Source of the DNA: Chitinophagales bacterium
GTDB lineage: Bacteria > Bacteroidota > Bacteroidia > Chitinophagales > Chitinophagaceae
DNA length: 29,859 nt
Direction of reading: 5' to 3'
Assembly (NCBI GenBank): GCA_038241595.1
Contig: JBBSSY010000001.1
Location: forward strand, 1 to 29,859
In this document: positions 27,103 through 29,859 of the stretch, one piece after another
Numbering within the stretch: the stretch's first letter is position 1
How the letters are laid out: each line of letters starts with the position of its first letter
The notes under the pieces: generated by a model
What the model saw: only the letters and a program-made list of their open reading frames with translations
What the model was told of the DNA's origin: nothing
Databases searched by the model: none
Made by a program: the position numbers and the translations under genes

Positions 27103-28604
27103 ATGATTATGAGAAAGCTTGTTAAGGACTTACGTGTTATTTTATTGGTATCCATAGCTTTTTCTTTTACAGGAGCTGTGAGGAAATCTGCTGTAAATGA
27201 TAACCAGGTAATCATTTATCCATCGGAAGATACAACCTCCCTGATAAGGAACCCCGCCATGGGATGGGGATTATATGATGACGCTGACGACAAGGTTACC
27301 ATTGCAGAAAGTTATTGGGTTACACAAGATGAAGCTGCAAAAAAATACGCTTCTCATTTTTACATCCGATGGCGCTGGAGCGATATGGAACCGGAAGAAG
27401 GAAAGTATGCGTGGATATATGATGATAATTTTAAAAAGCTCATAAAAGGCGCTTTGGATAGAAATCTTAAATTGGCCTTCCGTATTTACATAAACGGACA
27501 AGACAATATTAAACCAGCCACTCCAGGTTATGTAAAGGAAGCAGGCGCAAAGGGATATCAAACGCAGAAAAGCGGTGGCGGGTTTAATTGGACTCCCTAT
27601 CCCGACGACCGTGTTTTCCAGGAAAAGTTTTCAAAATTTATCCAGGCCTTTGCCAAAGCGTTTGATGATCCTTCGAGGGTTGATTTTGTGGACGGAAATG
27701 GTTTAGGGCAGTGGGGTGAAGGTGATAATATAAAGACGATTCACAACGATCAGCTTGCTGTGTTTAAATGGATCATAGATCTCTACGGAGATAATTTCAA
27801 GAAAATATTGTTAGTTACCAATCTGGGCAGCCAGGAGGGTTTGGAAGCAGAGAAAAAAATCGCCTACTATGGCGATGATTTCCTGCCGCGAAGGGATGGC
27901 CTGGGGAGCCATTGGTTTAAAGAAGATCAGAAAAAGATGATGGCATCATTATTTCCACGAATGCCGCTTATTGGGGAATCTTGCTATTGGCAAAGCAACA
28001 GCAAGCTTTTTCAAAATGATCCTGCTTTTAAAGCATATGCTCAGCCGGTTACCTGGAAAGATGTTTACCACCTGACTTATAACGATGCGATCGCTTCCCA
28101 TGCCAATTCTTTAGATTTAAGGGAGCCGGACCAGACAAGGCGTTGGATAGATACAGTTCCTGAATTGGTGAAAAAGTTCATGATAAAGGGGGGTACAGGT
28201 TTCACCCCGGCTTTTTATCCATTCCAAACCAAATTAAATCGGGTGGTAGTTTTCACATCGAACACGATTGGAAGAATACGGGAGTTGGAATGTGTCCCAA
28301 TAACAACAAAAGATGGAATTTTAAATATAAAGTAGCCTTTGCATTGATTGAAAAATCGAACATGAAAGTAAAGCAAATGTTTATTGACGAAAAGGCTGAT
28401 CCGTCTCAATGGACAGAAGGATTTGAGTACAAATATTCCTTAAAGGGAAAACTTGCCGCGAACATTGAAGCAGACGATTATATACTGGGTCTGGCGATTG
28501 TTGATACCACCAATAATAAACCAGGTATTCAACTGGCAATTAAGGATCTTCGAAAGCTAAAAAGCGGGTGGTTTGAAATGGGGACAGTTAAAGTATATAG
28601 GTGA
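27103..28604 (+). pseudogene. DUF4832-type putative glycoside hydrolase, split by a 1-nt frameshift at G6 (28188-28193)
   Basis: The 27103 ORF has RNPAMGW, YIRWRWSDMEPEEGKYAW and GQWGE. Adding one G yields KGGYRFHPGFLSIPNQIK..IEHDWKNTGVGMCPNNNKRWNFKYKVAFAL, fusing with ORF 28290-28604 into a 500-aa protein. Confidence 0.75.
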
Positions 28605-28720
28605 TCTATTCAAACATTCTTTCACAAGATACTTGTCCGAAATCAAATTTTAATTCAGTGATTAATCAATGCAGTTGTTTTTTTTGCCTTTAATTGGCTT
28701 TCATGCAATACAAGTAAAAA

Positions 28721-29859
28721 ATGACTAAATATTTTATCTTTCTGAACTTCTTTATTTTACATGCTGTCACTGTTATAATCGCGCAGAAAAAAGATTCTTC
28801 TTTACAGCTTTCCTTGCTTGCCAATGAACAGTGGTGGGGTGGGGCCTCAACCTTTGGTGATAAGATGCCAATGGGAAAAGAAAAGTTTTCCTTTAATCTT
28901 TATGGCGATGTATCGCAAAACCAGGCGGTTCCTTTATTGATTTCCAGTGAAGGCAGGTGGTTGTGGAGTGAGGAACCCTTCCGTTACAGCTTTCGCAACG
29001 ACAGCCTCGTTATCGACCTGGTACATGGTAAAATTATTACTGGAAGAAACGGCTCCTCTCTTCGTGAGGCATACCAATATTCATCCAAACGATTCTTTCC
29101 CTCTTCCGGCAAATGGCCGGACAGCTTATTGATCACAGCGCCTCAATATAATTTGTGGATAGAATTAATGTACAATCCCACCCAAAAAGATGTACTGCGC
29201 TATGCTCAAAACGTGTTGGCCAATGGATTTCCCGCCGGTGTGTTGATGATTGATGACAACTGGAGCAATTATTATGGCGAGTTCGATTTCGACAAAGAAA
29301 AATTTCCCGATGCAAAAAAGTTGATGGATGAATTGCATGCAGAAGGCTTCAAAACAATGGTGTGGATCTGTCCTTTCGTTAGTCCTGACAGTAAGGTATT
29401 CAGGGAGCTATTGGCTAGAAAGCTATTGTTGCTTGACAATGAAGGCAACAGATCTGTAGCCTGGAACAAGGCAAAAAAGCCTCTGCTGATACACTGGTGG
29501 AATGGATACAGTGCCTGTTTGGACCTCACCAATCCTGAAGCGCAGCAATGGTTGAAAGACAAGCTAACCATATTGCAGAACAAATACGGCGTGGGTGGTT
29601 TTAAACTGGATGCAGGGGATGCCTATTTCTATGATAACCCCAATCTGCTTTCCTACAAAAAAGCGTCGCCAAACGACCAAAGCGAGGCGTGGGCAAAAAT
29701 TGGCCTCGCGTTCCAACTGAACGAATACCGGGCCATGTGGAAAATGGGCGGCCAGCCATTGGTGCAACGTTTGGCCGATAAAGACCATAGCTGGGCAGCC
29801 TTACAGTTATTGATTCCCAATACCATTGCACAGCAATTGGCTGGTTATACTTTTACCTG
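28721..29859 (+). CDS. GH31 glycoside hydrolase (alpha-galactosidase-like group), 3' truncated by window edge; absent from the ORF track
   Basis: Own translation from ATG 28721 is open to the edge: signal peptide ..IIA-QKK, EQWWGG, NQAVPLLIS, APQYNLWIEL, MIDDNW, VWICPF, WWNG, DLTNP, GFKLDAGD (nucleophile), QRLADKDHSW (acid/base region). Confidence 0.92.
   Translation, partial: MTKYFIFLNFFILHAVTVIIAQKKDSSLQLSLLANEQWWGGASTFGDKMPMGKEKFSFNLYGDVSQNQAVPLLISSEGRWLWSEEPFRYSFRNDSLVIDLVHGKIITGRNGSSLREAYQYSSKRFFPSSGKWPDSLLITAPQYNLWIELMYNPTQKDVLRYAQNVLANGFPAGVLMIDDNWSNYYGEFDFDKEKFPDAKKLMDELHAEGFKTMVWICPFVSPDSKVFRELLARKLLLLDNEGNRSVAWNKAKKPLLIHWWNGYSACLDLTNPEAQQWLKDKLTILQNKYGVGGFKLDAGDAYFYDNPNLLSYKKASPNDQSEAWAKIGLAFQLNEYRAMWKMGGQPLVQRLADKDHSWAALQLLIPNTIAQQLAGYTFT

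Noticed and set aside
28290-28604. Independent 104-aa gene
   Set aside because: It has no signal peptide and is the in-frame continuation of the DUF4832 protein after the G6 frameshift.
81-29831. Dozens of short antisense or alternate-frame ORFs in the supplied track (e.g. 9416-10102, 3177-3668, 11180-11671, 18761-19228)
   Set aside because: They lie inside well-supported genes, have no recognisable motifs, and are expected shadow ORFs.
624-29859. Nearly all exported proteins begin with Gln after the signal peptide
   Set aside because: This is the known Bacteroidota Q-rule (pyroglutamate N-termini) and is not novel.
1-29859. rRNA, tRNA, CRISPR arrays, IS elements, prophage or defence genes
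   Set aside because: No such signatures were seen; intergenic gaps are short and lack regular repeats.

Overview
Bacteroidota DNA (Chitinophagaceae/Sphingobacteriales-like, by inference from gene style) devoted almost entirely to glycan foraging. Left (1-17413, + strand) is a polysaccharide utilization locus (PUL-1): partial GH20, two Cys-type S1 sulfatases, susC/susD, GH29 fucosidase, a multidomain PNGase F-family enzyme with a degenerate T9SS-like C-terminal domain, an atypical GH2 and a second GH20. The centre holds two minus-strand regulators (LacI and GntR/FadR), divergent from a GH35 across a 59-bp imperfect palindrome. Right is PUL-2: a frameshifted, truncated ECF sigma relic abutting an STN-domain susC whose FecR partner is missing, then susD, a DUF4832-type putative glycosidase split by a frameshift in a G6 run, and a GH31 running off the edge. 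I found no rRNA, tRNA, CRISPR array or transposase. Most interesting: (i) a PNGase-centred locus that may target sulfated/fucosylated N-glycoproteins, and (ii) apparent regulatory rewiring of PUL-2 by sigma/anti-sigma deletion. All family assignments come from motifs recognised by eye; no searches were run.
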